This document shows, in pieces, positions 1 through 9,871 of a DNA stretch of 64,000 bases. Location: contig CALVJV010000009.1 in assembly GCA_944332395.1 (NCBI GenBank), positions 27,288 to 91,287 of the forward strand. The letters are read 5' to 3'. Numbering within the stretch: position 1 is the stretch's first letter; the number at the start of each line of letters is the position of its first letter. The notes under the pieces are model-generated. The model was not told where the DNA came from. It ran no database searches and was given only the letters and a program-made list of their open reading frames with translations. A program made the position numbers and the translations under genes. The DNA is from an uncultured Clostridia bacterium. Lineage in GTDB: Bacteria > Bacillota > Clostridia > Christensenellales > UBA1242.

Positions 1-1815
1 CTTGGAAATGTAGACAGAATTCAAATGGCCGAACATTTAAAAGAAGCTCAAAGAAATTGGATAGGGAAAAGTGAAGGCATGCAAGTGTCCTTCAAAGTTG
101 TAAATGATAAAAACGATGAAGTTGGCAATTTTGAAATATTTACAACATGTATTGAGACTATTTATGGAATCACTTTTATGGTTTTAGCTCCCGAACATGA
201 TTTAATTAATAAATGGTTGCCATTTATAAAGAATAAAAATATGGTTGAAAAGTATAAAAACGATACTGCAAAGAGATCTGCTCTTGATAGAATGGCTGAT
301 CAAAAACAAAAAACAGGTTGTGTGCTTGAAGGGATTTTTGCGGTGAATCCAGTTAATGGGAAAAAAGTTCCTATTTATATTGCAGATTTTGTTTTGGCAG
401 GTTACGGAACTGGTGCCGTTATGGCAGTTCCCGCGCATGATCAAAGAGATTACGAATTTGCAGTTGCTCATAACATTCCCATGATACAAGTTATTGAGGG
501 GGATTGTTCAAAGTGTGCGGTCGAAAAAAAGGAATATTTAGTAAATGGTGCAAAATTAATAAATTCTGAGGAGTTTTCTGGATTGTCTGTGAAAGAGGCC
601 AAAAACAAAATTTCTCAAAAACTAATAGAAATGAAGCTTGGTAAAAAGCAAATAAATTACAAAATGACAGATTGGCCGTTTAATAGGCAAAGATATTGGG
701 GGGAGCCTTTTCCTATTATATTTTGTCCACATTGTGGAGAGGTGCCGTTGACAGAAAAAGATTTGCCTTTAGTATTACCAATTGTAAAAGATTATAAGCC
801 TAATGAACATGGAGATTCTCCATTATCAAAGGCAAAAAATTGGATGAACATCAAATGTCCAATTTGTGGAAGAGACGCTGTTAGAGAGTCAGATACCATG
901 CCAAACTGGGCGGGTTCTAGTTGGTATTGGTTGAGGTATGTGGATCCGCATAACGATAAGTGTTTGGCAGATTATGAAAAATTAAAATATTGGGGTAGTG
1001 TAGATGTTTATACTGGTGGAACCGAGCACATTACAAGACATGTTCTTTACGCATTCTTTTGGCAAAATTTCTTATATGAAATTGGAGCCGTTCCATCAAG
1101 GGATCCATTTGCTAAAAAATATGGTAGTGGCCTTTTGTTGGACGATCAAGGCAAAAAAATGAGTAAAAGTTCTGCAAATGGTGTTTCTCCGATGCAGGTT
1201 ATTGATGAGTATGGAGCAGATGTTGCAAGACTCCATTTGCATTTTCTAAGCGGATTTGAGGATAATGTCCCTTGGACTTACAATGGTATTAGCGGTATAA
1301 CCAATTTTATTGACAAAGTTTGGAATTTGCAGAGCATCATAAAAGGAGAAGAGGTTACTGACAAACATAGAATAGATTTGAATAGGTTAATTAAAAAAGT
1401 TACAGAAGATTATGAGGAGTTCAAACCGAACACAGCTATTGCCGCTATGATGTCGTTCATTAAGATGATAAAAGAAGACTCATACATATCTAAAGAAGAA
1501 TTAAGAATATTTTTAATTTTGTTAAATCCAATGGCACCGCATATTACAAGCGAAATATATGAAAGAGTCTTTGGAAAGAATATTGTTAATGAAAATTGGC
1601 CTAAATTTGATCCACAATGTTTAGAGACTGAAAGTGTTGAGATTCCCGTTCAAATTAATGGCAAAAAAGCAAGAGTGATTACAGTTAATAGGAACGTAAG
1701 CCAAGAAAAATTATTGGAATTGATAAAACAGAAGTATCCAGAGCTTTTTGCAGATGGTAAGGTAATTAAAAAAGTAATTTATGTTCCAAATAAAATTATT
1801 AACATCATAAAGTAA
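1..1815 (+). CDS. leuS: leucyl-tRNA synthetase, C-terminal ~600 aa (5' end lies upstream of the window)
   Basis: The reading frame is open from nt 1, with no stop before the first ATG at 25. NWIGKSEG, the paired Cys knuckles FCPHCG / KCPICG and the class I KMSKS loop (KKMSKSS) are typical of bacterial LeuS. Confidence 0.93.
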   Translation, partial: LGNVDRIQMAEHLKEAQRNWIGKSEGMQVSFKVVNDKNDEVGNFEIFTTCIETIYGITFMVLAPEHDLINKWLPFIKNKNMVEKYKNDTAKRSALDRMADQKQKTGCVLEGIFAVNPVNGKKVPIYIADFVLAGYGTGAVMAVPAHDQRDYEFAVAHNIPMIQVIEGDCSKCAVEKKEYLVNGAKLINSEEFSGLSVKEAKNKISQKLIEMKLGKKQINYKMTDWPFNRQRYWGEPFPIIFCPHCGEVPLTEKDLPLVLPIVKDYKPNEHGDSPLSKAKNWMNIKCPICGRDAVRESDTMPNWAGSSWYWLRYVDPHNDKCLADYEKLKYWGSVDVYTGGTEHITRHVLYAFFWQNFLYEIGAVPSRDPFAKKYGSGLLLDDQGKKMSKSSANGVSPMQVIDEYGADVARLHLHFLSGFEDNVPWTYNGISGITNFIDKVWNLQSIIKGEEVTDKHRIDLNRLIKKVTEDYEEFKPNTAIAAMMSFIKMIKEDSYISKEELRIFLILLNPMAPHITSEIYERVFGKNIVNENWPKFDPQCLETESVEIPVQINGKKARVITVNRNVSQEKLLELIKQKYPELFADGKVIKKVIYVPNKIINIIK

Positions 1816-1842
1816 CAAAAAATAAAAATTGTTTCAAAATTA

Positions 1843-1871
1843 TTGACAATTTTAATTATGTGTTATAGAAT
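1843..1871 (+). promoter_or_regulatory. sigma-A type promoter for rplM-rpsI
   Basis: TTGACA (1843-1848), 17 nt, TAGAAT (1866-1871). This leaves a ~70-nt leader before the rplM ATG. Confidence 0.5.
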
Positions 1872-1945
1872 GTCAAAGCAATTTGTGTATTTAACTATAT
1901 TCCCCGTTATTAGTTAATACCAAAATAATAGAAAAGAGGACGATT

Positions 1946-2386
1946 ATGAAAACTTATGTACAAAAACCAGCTGAAATTATAAGAAAATGGTATGTTGTTG
2001 ATGCGACAGATATTCCGCTTGGTCGTTTGGCAAGTCAGGTTGCCAGTGTTCTTCGTGGTAAAAACAAACCTGAATTTACAACCTATGAAGATTGCGGAGA
2101 TTTTGTTATTGTTATTAATTCAGACAAAGTTTTATTAACTGGTAAAAAATTGGATCAAAAATATTATAGATATCATACAGGTTATGTCGGTGGATTAAAA
2201 GAAATTGGGTATGATAGAATGTTAAGGGAAAAAAGCGACAAAATGGTTGAGTTGGCAGTAAAAGGAATGCTACCAAAAAACTCTTTGGGCAGAAAAATGA
2301 TTAAAAAATTGAAAGTTTACAAGACAAATGAACATCCACACCAAGCTCAAAATCCATTAGAACTTAAAATTGCAGGAAAGAGGTAA
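1946..2386 (+). CDS. rplM: 50S ribosomal protein L13
   Basis: 146 aa. The N-terminus [32 protein letters not shown] is canonical L13. SD AGAGGA lies upstream. Confidence 0.97.
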   Translation: MKTYVQKPAEIIRKWYVVDATDIPLGRLASQVASVLRGKNKPEFTTYEDCGDFVIVINSDKVLLTGKKLDQKYYRYHTGYVGGLKEIGYDRMLREKSDKMVELAVKGMLPKNSLGRKMIKKLKVYKTNEHPHQAQNPLELKIAGKR

Positions 2387-2391
2387 AAAAA

Positions 2392-2805
2392 ATGGCAACA
2401 AAATCAAATAAAAAAATTCAATACTGGGGAACCGGTCGTAGAAAAAAAGCAATTGCTCGTGTTAGACTTATACCTGAAGGAGCAAAAGGCAATATAATCA
2501 TAAATGGTATGCAAATTGATGAATATTTTCCTTTGGAGACGATGAAAATTGTTGTTAAACAACCACTAGAGTTAGTTGGAGTAACAAAGAAGTATGATGT
2601 AGCGGTTAATGTTTCTGGTGGAGGATTGTCTGGACAGGCCGGAGCTATTAGACATGGAATTGCAAGAGCGCTTGTTATTGCTGACGAAAAATATAAACCA
2701 GAATTAAAAAATGCTGGATTTTTGACTCGTGATCCAAGAATGAAAGAAAGAAAAAAATATGGATTGAAAAAAGCTCGAAAGGCTCCGCAATATAGTAAAA
2801 GATAA
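2392..2805 (+). CDS. rpsI: 30S ribosomal protein S9
   Basis: 137 aa with [33 protein letters not shown] and a C-terminal ...YSKR. The gene starts 5 nt after rplM, the conserved rplM-rpsI pairing. Confidence 0.97.
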   Translation: MATKSNKKIQYWGTGRRKKAIARVRLIPEGAKGNIIINGMQIDEYFPLETMKIVVKQPLELVGVTKKYDVAVNVSGGGLSGQAGAIRHGIARALVIADEKYKPELKNAGFLTRDPRMKERKKYGLKKARKAPQYSKR

Positions 2806-2810
2806 TTTTA

Positions 2811-2840
2811 AAAGTGCAACAGAAGTTGCACTTTTTATTT
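2811..2840 (+). terminator. rho-independent terminator after rpsI
   Basis: Hairpin AAGTGCAAC (2812-2820), loop AGAA, GTTGCACTT (2825-2833), followed by a T-run. Confidence 0.6.
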
Positions 2841-2885
2841 TGTGCTTTTATTATTTTTGAATATACTATTTTATAGAGGTATATA

Positions 2886-3794
2886 ATGATGAATTACGAT
2901 TTGATTATAATTGGGGCTGGGCCGGCTGGCTTGACTGCTGGTATTTATGCTACTAGGGCAGGATTAAAAACATTAGTTATTGAGAACAAAGCGTCTGGTG
3001 GACAAGTTAATTTAACTCAAACTATTGATAACTATCCTGGGTTGTTGAATGTTGATGGATTTGATTTGGGACAGAAAATGTTTGAACATGCTAAGGCCTT
3101 GGATGTTGAGTTTGTATTTGATACAATAATGGATCATGACTTTAAAAATAATAGAAAATATTTAAAAACAGAATATTCAGGGGAATTTTTTGCAAAAGCG
3201 GTGATTATTGCAACAGGGGCAAGCCCAAGAAAGTTAAACGCTTTGGGTGAAGAAAAATTAATTGGCAGAGGCGTTGGCTATTGTGCTACATGTGATGGAG
3301 CTTTTGCTAAGGGAAAGATTGTGGCGGTTGTTGGCGGAGGAAATTCGGCGGCAGAAGAAGCTTTATACTTATCTAGAATTGCACAAAAAGTATACATTTT
3401 TCATATTCTAAAAGAGTTACAATGTAACAAAGTTCTTGAATCTCAGCTTAAATCCAATCCTAAAATCAATATTCTTTTTGAAACAAAAGTTGAAGAATTA
3501 TTAGGAAATAAACATTTAGAGCAGGTAAAAGTAAAAACAAATGGTTGTCAAAAAGTCTATGATTTGGAGGGCTTGTTTGTTTCGATTGGTCGGGTGCCTA
3601 ATAGTAATGACTTTTCAGAAATTAATGTTGATTCGAACGGTTATATCATAGCAGATGAAAAATTGCAGACAAATATACAGGGCGTTTTTGTGGCGGGCGA
3701 TGTTAGGCAAAAAGTTTTGCGTCAAATAATAACTGCTTGTTCTGATGGGGCGATTGCTGTTGATTCGGTTTCAAAATTTTTAAGTAAGGTGTAG
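2886..3794 (+). CDS. trxB: thioredoxin-disulfide reductase
   Basis: FAD site [15 protein letters not shown], redox-active CATCDG, NADPH site [12 protein letters not shown]. The gene ends in TAG (3792-3794). Confidence 0.9.
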   Translation: MMNYDLIIIGAGPAGLTAGIYATRAGLKTLVIENKASGGQVNLTQTIDNYPGLLNVDGFDLGQKMFEHAKALDVEFVFDTIMDHDFKNNRKYLKTEYSGEFFAKAVIIATGASPRKLNALGEEKLIGRGVGYCATCDGAFAKGKIVAVVGGGNSAAEEALYLSRIAQKVYIFHILKELQCNKVLESQLKSNPKINILFETKVEELLGNKHLEQVKVKTNGCQKVYDLEGLFVSIGRVPNSNDFSEINVDSNGYIIADEKLQTNIQGVFVAGDVRQKVLRQIITACSDGAIAVDSVSKFLSKV

Positions 3795-3796
3795 GT

Positions 3797-5125
3797 ATGC
3801 AACTTTTTAAAGCAGATGAAATTTGTGGAGTGGTAGGAGTTGAAATTGATGCTTCTACCGCTTTTTGGTTGGGCTATTCTGTTGCAATTTTTTTTAAGAA
3901 AGAAAACAAAAAGTGTAGGTTAATTATCGGAAAAGACAATCGTAACTCTTCTGATATGCTGGAAGCGGCAGTCTCTTGTGGCATTTGTTGTGCTGGTGTT
4001 GATTGCTTGAGTTTGGGTATTGTCTCTTCACCAGCTGTTTCTTATTTAACTAGAAAATACTCTGCAATTGCTGGAATAATGATTACTGCGTCGTGCAAGG
4101 AAGTGCAATATAATGGATTTAAAATTTTTGATGAATGTGGATATGTGATTTCTATTGATCAACGAGAAAAAATAAACGAGATTTACAACCGAAGGGAAAC
4201 TGAATTTAATGAGTGCGGAAGAATTTTTAATGAAAAATTTGCAGTTCTTGATTATATTTCGTTTTTAGAAGATATTAGTGATTGTGATCTTTCTGGGTTG
4301 AATATATATTTGAATCCATCTAATGGAGTTGCTTGTGAATATTCAAGAAAAGTATTTGAAAAAAACAATGCAAAAGTGGTTATCGAACATAATGACTTTG
4401 ATGGGGAGCGAATTAATATAGATTTAAATCAAACAGAATTAAATAGAATAAAAAATGCTGTAATTGGGTGTGCTGCAGATGTAGGTTTTGTGTTTAGTGC
4501 AGATGCAGATAGATGTTTGGTTGTTGATGAAAGAGGAGAACTAATAGACGAAAATAAATTAGTTTATTTAATTTCTAAATATTTTAAATATTCGGGCCGA
4601 TTAATGGTTCCAAAAGTTGTGGGAACGATTTTTTCTTCTCTTAGTTTAGAAGAGTCTTTAAACAAATTAAACATTGATCTAATTAGAGCAAATTCTGAAA
4701 AAAATGGAATTGGATCGTTATTGCTGAAAGAAGATTCTATTATTGGAATAGATTTTGATGGGCGTATAGTATTAAAAGAATTTTTGCCAATATCAGATGG
4801 TGTTTTAACCGCATTAGTTGTTTCTAGAATAATTAAGTCTGAAAATAAGAAAATGTCAGATATGATATCCGAAATAGAGAATTATTTTTGCATTAAAAAA
4901 AGTTATAATATAAATGAATTTATTAAATTACGATTTAAAAAAAACAAGGAATTAAAAAATCTTATTTTTGATTTGGAAAAAAGCAAAAGGGATGCTAAAA
5001 TTATTGCGAAACCTAGCGAAACTCAAGATTTATATAGGATTCAGATCGAAGGCCATTCGAAGAAAAGGGTAAAACAGATTTTTGAAAGACTTGATAAAAA
5101 AATAAATCAATTATTAATGGGATAA
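3797..5125 (+). CDS. phosphohexomutase-fold protein, GlmM-like but with degenerate catalytic motifs
   Basis: 442 aa, colinear with phosphoglucosamine mutase. The Ser loop is TASCKE (4085-4102) rather than SASHNP. The metal loop is SADADR (4496-4513) rather than DGDGDR. The sugar loop GEQSGH and the phosphate loop RPSGTEP are also not conserved. The gene is translationally coupled to trxB (2-nt gap) and ung (2-nt gap). Confidence 0.7.
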   Translation: MQLFKADEICGVVGVEIDASTAFWLGYSVAIFFKKENKKCRLIIGKDNRNSSDMLEAAVSCGICCAGVDCLSLGIVSSPAVSYLTRKYSAIAGIMITASCKEVQYNGFKIFDECGYVISIDQREKINEIYNRRETEFNECGRIFNEKFAVLDYISFLEDISDCDLSGLNIYLNPSNGVACEYSRKVFEKNNAKVVIEHNDFDGERINIDLNQTELNRIKNAVIGCAADVGFVFSADADRCLVVDERGELIDENKLVYLISKYFKYSGRLMVPKVVGTIFSSLSLEESLNKLNIDLIRANSEKNGIGSLLLKEDSIIGIDFDGRIVLKEFLPISDGVLTALVVSRIIKSENKKMSDMISEIENYFCIKKSYNINEFIKLRFKKNKELKNLIFDLEKSKRDAKIIAKPSETQDLYRIQIEGHSKKRVKQIFERLDKKINQLLMG

Positions 5126-5127
5126 AT

Positions 5128-5793
5128 ATGCAATTTTTTCATAATTCATGGGACGAAGTTTTAGAAGATGTATTTCAAGAGCCTCAATTTATAGAATTGA
5201 TGGAGAAAGTGTACGTTCAATACAAAAATTATAATGTATTTCCACCAAAAGAAAGGTTGTTTAGTGCTTTTAAGTTGACGCCATACGATAAAGTAAAGGT
5301 TGTTATACTAGGTCAAGATCCTTATCATGGAAAAGGCCAAGCTCATGGAGTCGCTTTTTCTGTTTTGCCAGGAGTTAAGCTACCTCCGTCTTTGAAAAAT
5401 ATTTATACCGAAATAAAATCAGATATAGGATGTAATATGACAAATAATGGGTGTTTAACCAACTGGGCAAAGCAAGGTGTATTTTTGTTGAATAGTGTTT
5501 TAACAGTGCGCGAGGGGTCGCCAGGAAGTCATAAAGATTTGGGTTGGAATTGGTTTACTGATTTAGTTATAAAAAAATTATCTGATCGAAAGGAAAAGAT
5601 TATATTTCTTCTTTGGGGTAGTTATGCAATTAGTAAGAAAAAATTAATAAATGAAAACAGTCATATTGTTTTATGTGCTCCACACCCGAGTCCTTTGTCT
5701 GCGCATTCTGGTTTTTTTGGGTGTAAGCATTTTTCTATGGTAAACAAAATACTAAAAAGTTGGGGAGAGAGTGAAATAAATTGGAAAAATTAA
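5128..5793 (+). CDS. ung: uracil-DNA glycosylase (family 1)
   Basis: GQDPYHGKGQAHGVAFSV water-activating loop and the HPSPLSA leucine-intercalation loop region. Confidence 0.93.
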   Translation: MQFFHNSWDEVLEDVFQEPQFIELMEKVYVQYKNYNVFPPKERLFSAFKLTPYDKVKVVILGQDPYHGKGQAHGVAFSVLPGVKLPPSLKNIYTEIKSDIGCNMTNNGCLTNWAKQGVFLLNSVLTVREGSPGSHKDLGWNWFTDLVIKKLSDRKEKIIFLLWGSYAISKKKLINENSHIVLCAPHPSPLSAHSGFFGCKHFSMVNKILKSWGESEINWKN

Positions 5794-5814
5794 GGCTTCA
5801 ATTTGAAGCCTTTT
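5792..5814. terminator. bidirectional hairpin between convergent ung and degV-family gene
   Basis: Palindrome AAGGCTTCAA/TTGAAGCCTT (5792-5811) with flanking A and T residues. It sits exactly between the two stop codons. Confidence 0.55.
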
Positions 5815-6670
5815 ATCTTGAATTAGAATAAAATACAACAGCAAGAGTTCCTGGTCCACAATGCGTACCTATTGTTGGGCCAACAGGTCTTATGAGAATT
5901 TCCTTATTGGGATAAATTTTTAATAACTCATTTTTTATAATTTCAGCAACTGGTTTTTTATCTGCGTGCATAACAACAATTGGAAGTTCGTTTTCAATCA
6001 TATTTTCTTGGACGATATTGCATAGTTTTTTTATAACTGCTTTTGCGCCAGGAACTATTCCTATTTTTACTATTTTTCCATTATTATCAGCTTTGCAGAT
6101 AGGCTTTACATTTAAAATTGTGCCTCCAACGGCTTGAGCTGTGGAAATTCTTCCGCCTCTACGCAAGTAAAGTAAATCTTCTGGAGCGAAATAACATGCT
6201 ATTTTGTTTTTTAAGTTTTCAATATAATCTCTTATTTGATCAATAGATTTTCCGCCATTCATTAACTCAACAGCTTTTTTTATTAATAATCCTATTGCCA
6301 TTGTCACATGAAGTGAATCAATAAAATAAATCTTTTGATTAGGATATTTATCTTGAAGATCAGTTAGAAGTTGATTTTTATAATTAAATGTACTAGTAAG
6401 TCCACTTGATAAGTGAATATATAAAATATCTTCTCCATTTTTTAAATATGGTGTAAAAATTTCTTCAAAGGTATAGTTGTTTATACACGCAGTGGCGGGA
6501 ATTTTCCCTTGCCTAATTTGTGCGTAAAAATCTATATAATCTTGTTCTGAGTTGAATAATTTTGTTTGATCATTTCCATTAAGAGTGTATGGAAAGGTAA
6601 TTGGAATTACCCCCAGTTGTTCTATTTCAGTTTTTAGCAAATCGCATGAACTGTCGCAAAAAATTTTCAT
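5813..6670 (-). CDS. DegV family fatty-acid-binding protein
   Basis: 285 aa with DegV-like layout and the C-terminal IGTHCGPGTLAVVF motif. SD AGAGGT lies upstream. Confidence 0.85.
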   Translation of the reverse strand: MKIFCDSSCDLLKTEIEQLGVIPITFPYTLNGNDQTKLFNSEQDYIDFYAQIRQGKIPATACINNYTFEEIFTPYLKNGEDILYIHLSSGLTSTFNYKNQLLTDLQDKYPNQKIYFIDSLHVTMAIGLLIKKAVELMNGGKSIDQIRDYIENLKNKIACYFAPEDLLYLRRGGRISTAQAVGGTILNVKPICKADNNGKIVKIGIVPGAKAVIKKLCNIVQENMIENELPIVVMHADKKPVAEIIKNELLKIYPNKEILIRPVGPTIGTHCGPGTLAVVFYSNSR

Positions 6671-6845
6671 TAGTTTTACCTCTTACATGAGTTTATCATG
6701 TTGTCTTATTTGAAAGCAAATAATTTTTTAATATTTTTATTTTTTGTTGTTTTGGGTTATAAGTAGTGTTCTGTGGAATAATTAATTTTATGAAAAATAT
6801 GTTGATTGATTTGACATGTTTTTTATATTTTTATAATATTGGAGT

Positions 6846-8408
6846 ATGGGAAAAATGACAAAAAATTTAATTGTTTCGTTAGCGATAATTTTTAGCATTT
6901 GTTTAGCATTGTTGCCATTTAAACAATCTGATATGCCGGTTAGTTCTGCAGAAACAAGTGTTACAGATTTGGTTGTGTTGGACTCGGAGATAGGAAATAG
7001 TTTTGTTGAGAGTAATGCAGAAACTTTAAATGGTGCAGCGCTCACGAGTTATACACCGATCCAAGATTTTAGTACTGGCGATAGATATGCCGGGAATGCT
7101 CTTCAATGTGCAAATTATAAAACTACATTCACATTTGAGAACTTAATTACAGAAGATATCACAGATCAAAGCGAAAAATCACTTTTTGTTTGGGTATATA
7201 TGCCTAGCACAGAGAGTGTTATGACAAATATAACTTTAAGTGGATTGAAAGATGGGATTTCATATGCGCTTAAATGGACGATAACTAGTGATAAGTTTTT
7301 TTCTCGAAGTGAATCGGTTGTGGCAAATGATTTGATAGTGCCTGGCTGGAGATTGATTGAATTGCCATTTGAAGCTGCAAGCCATACTATTAACAACGTT
7401 GAAGATAATCCGGTTTATTTAAAATATCTAAATACATTTACCATTGAACAGGATCCTAGTTCTAATTTTTTGGTTGCATTGTTCAACATATATGTTTCAG
7501 ATTATTCTAATTATATGAAAATAGTAGAAACACCTGAAGTAACCGCTCTACCTAGCACAGAACAGGGTTACAGTATTGTTTCTGTTAAAGAGACTTTTAT
7601 AAATTATTCGGCGAATAAATTAGCTGGGGATAATATAGTAACTCCAACATTTTCAAATAGTTACTCCTATGCTTGGATAGGCAATCAAAAAATAAGCAAT
7701 TTACAGCAATATGGTACTTTATTGGCGGGAATAAAGTATAAAAATGGAGAAAATGAAATTTTAGTTACAGAATCTGAAATTGAATATAAATGGCAAATCA
7801 GAATATCGTCTGCAAATATGGAAGCGGGGCTATTTGGTTTTGGAGAGCAAGTTGGTAAGTTTGAAGCTGGAACATATAGTATGTCTTTAGTCCTTAGAGG
7901 TAAAATTGATGATGTTTGGCGTGACTTGGCTTCTGGCCCAATTTTGGAAATAGTTGTGCCAGAGACAACTAATCCTATTTGGTTTAAAAGTTTCTCAACA
8001 TCGATTGATATGAAATATGTTTATACTATAAACTTTTCATTTGACAATGTTCACTGGCAAATTACAGATCCGAACAACTTTTTGGTGGTTTCGTCCTCAA
8101 ATGAACAGGTTTTAGAAATTGTTGACTATTCATATAATGGAAATGTAGGAACTATCCAAGTGCGTGGGCTAAAACCGGGGACTGCAACTATTAATATTTC
8201 TGCCGAGTGTGTAAGAACAGAAGCCAACACGGGGAGAGGTGTCGAGCTATTTACGGCCAAAACTTCAATAGAGATTCAGGGTAAAAGCAAAAACACAGAT
8301 AAAATAATTTTGATAGTTTTAGGAAGTGTTCTAGGTGCTACAATTTTGGTTGGGTTGATAATAGGTATAGTTAAAATAGTAAAACACAATAAGATGAATG
8401 TGAAATAA
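6846..8408 (+). CDS. secreted surface protein with C-terminal membrane anchor and Big_2-like domain
   Basis: N-terminal signal peptide (LIVSLAIIFSICLALLPF). A Big_2-like segment (VLEIVDYSYNGNVGTIQVRGLKPGTATINISAEC) lies near the C-terminus. A hydrophobic C-terminal helix IILIVLGSVLGATILVGLIIGIV is followed by a basic tail. The start could be ATG 6846 or 6855. Confidence 0.6.
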   Translation: MGKMTKNLIVSLAIIFSICLALLPFKQSDMPVSSAETSVTDLVVLDSEIGNSFVESNAETLNGAALTSYTPIQDFSTGDRYAGNALQCANYKTTFTFENLITEDITDQSEKSLFVWVYMPSTESVMTNITLSGLKDGISYALKWTITSDKFFSRSESVVANDLIVPGWRLIELPFEAASHTINNVEDNPVYLKYLNTFTIEQDPSSNFLVALFNIYVSDYSNYMKIVETPEVTALPSTEQGYSIVSVKETFINYSANKLAGDNIVTPTFSNSYSYAWIGNQKISNLQQYGTLLAGIKYKNGENEILVTESEIEYKWQIRISSANMEAGLFGFGEQVGKFEAGTYSMSLVLRGKIDDVWRDLASGPILEIVVPETTNPIWFKSFSTSIDMKYVYTINFSFDNVHWQITDPNNFLVVSSSNEQVLEIVDYSYNGNVGTIQVRGLKPGTATINISAECVRTEANTGRGVELFTAKTSIEIQGKSKNTDKIILIVLGSVLGATILVGLIIGIVKIVKHNKMNVK

Positions 8409-8421
8409 TGGGAGGCTAAAG

Positions 8422-9816
8422 TTGGAAGATTACGAAGAGTTTTTGCCAAAAGCAACTGAGAAGAAAAAAATTCCTTATGATGAGGTTCCAATATATAGAC
8501 AGCGCAATAGGACTCAAAATTCAAATGTTTCTAAAGAGAAGAGCAATGTTTTAAATATTGTTGTTTCTTTGTTGGTTGTTGCATGTATTGTTTTTTCTGC
8601 GTTGTTTGTTGTTGCATTTAATAGAATTGGTAACAATACGAAATATAACTTGATGGGAACATATCCTCCATCAAAGAATGATAATACTTCAACCGATGTG
8701 GATGATATAGTTATAAAAGATACAGCTACAGGATTGGCTATAAGGTCAGTTGTATCTGTGCAAGCCTTTGTGGATTCATCGTCGACATCATATAATGCTG
8801 GTGCGGGGGTGATTGTCGATGATTTAAATGGATATGTTACTATAATTACAAACTACCATGTTTGTTATATTTCTAATAAGGCATCAATTTCGAGTAATAT
8901 TTATGTTTTGCTTTGTGATTATGTTAATCCTGAAGAAAATATAGAAGTGTATAAAGCAAATCGAATAAAAGTTGAATTTGTTGGTGGTTCATATAATAAT
9001 GATATTGCTATTTTAAGGTTTTATAGAGGGACAACAGAAGATCCAACTTCGGAAGGAATATTATATAAATCTGGAAGTGCGCGACCGGCAACGATAGGGG
9101 ACTCCAACATGCTAAACTTTGGAGATCCTGTGATTGCTATTGGAAATCCTGGTGGATCTGGAATAAATGTTTCAATAGGGGCTGTTTCAAAGCCATATAC
9201 ATTGATTAATGTTGATGTAAAAAGCAATAATACTTCACAAACTTTAAGATGTATTCAGTTTGATGCGTCCATTAATGGAGGAAATTCAGGTGGAGGGTTG
9301 TTTAATGAAGATGGTGAGTGGGTTGGAATTGTAAATGCCAAGCAAGCCAAAGTCGAAACCGACTCTGGGATTGTTGTTATTGAAGGAACGTCTTATGCCA
9401 TACCGAGCAATATTGCCATTGGAGTTGCATGGAATATAATAAAGAATGATGGGGTTCTTAAGTTGTGTAGAATTGGTATTTCGTTGAGGACAGAGTCTTA
9501 TACTATAACAGATTCGAACTCATATTTGAAATACAAATGGAATGTTTATGTAGAAGATTTTTCAACGGAATCAACAATCGGAAGAGACGCTGGAATAAAA
9601 ATTGATGACTTAATAAAAAAAGTAGAGTATTATAACGAATTTAAAGAAGAAAATATTGTTGTTGATATAGATAGTCCATATGAGTTACAGGAACAATTGT
9701 TTTTTATAGAACCAAGGGATAAAATGAAAATTACAGTTGAAAGAAATGGTGAGGGCAATATTGTTGAAACTAAAGAGTTGGAAATTACATTTGGAGGTTC
9801 CGTAGTGATTTATTAA
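8422..9816 (+). CDS. membrane-anchored trypsin-like serine protease (HtrA/DegP family) with PDZ-like C-terminal region
   Basis: TTG start 6 nt after SD GGGAGG. There is an N-terminal TM helix. The catalytic triad context is ITNYHVC (His), NNDIAILRF (Asp) and GNSGGGLF (Ser). Confidence 0.8.
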   Translation: MEDYEEFLPKATEKKKIPYDEVPIYRQRNRTQNSNVSKEKSNVLNIVVSLLVVACIVFSALFVVAFNRIGNNTKYNLMGTYPPSKNDNTSTDVDDIVIKDTATGLAIRSVVSVQAFVDSSSTSYNAGAGVIVDDLNGYVTIITNYHVCYISNKASISSNIYVLLCDYVNPEENIEVYKANRIKVEFVGGSYNNDIAILRFYRGTTEDPTSEGILYKSGSARPATIGDSNMLNFGDPVIAIGNPGGSGINVSIGAVSKPYTLINVDVKSNNTSQTLRCIQFDASINGGNSGGGLFNEDGEWVGIVNAKQAKVETDSGIVVIEGTSYAIPSNIAIGVAWNIIKNDGVLKLCRIGISLRTESYTITDSNSYLKYKWNVYVEDFSTESTIGRDAGIKIDDLIKKVEYYNEFKEENIVVDIDSPYELQEQLFFIEPRDKMKITVERNGEGNIVETKELEITFGGSVVIY

Positions 9817-9822
9817 AATAGT

Positions 9823-9850
9823 TTGCAAAATTATTAAACATATGTATAAT
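9823..9850 (+). promoter_or_regulatory. sigma-A type promoter for acpP
   Basis: TTGCAA (9823-9828), 16 nt, TATAAT (9845-9850). SD GGGGGAG lies downstream. Confidence 0.45.
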
Positions 9851-9871
9851 TGTAATTAGGGGGAGTTTTTT

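Noticed and set aside
1872-1945. Possible L13 ribosomal-protein leader in the rplM 5' UTR
   Set aside because: The ~70-nt leader length is compatible, but I cannot recognise the conserved structure by eye. A covariance-model scan is needed, so I do not claim it.
6788-7045. 85-aa minus-strand ORF across the promoter and start of the surface protein gene
   Set aside because: It overlaps the signal-peptide-encoding start of a better supported gene and the intergenic promoter region. It has no SD and no recognisable features.
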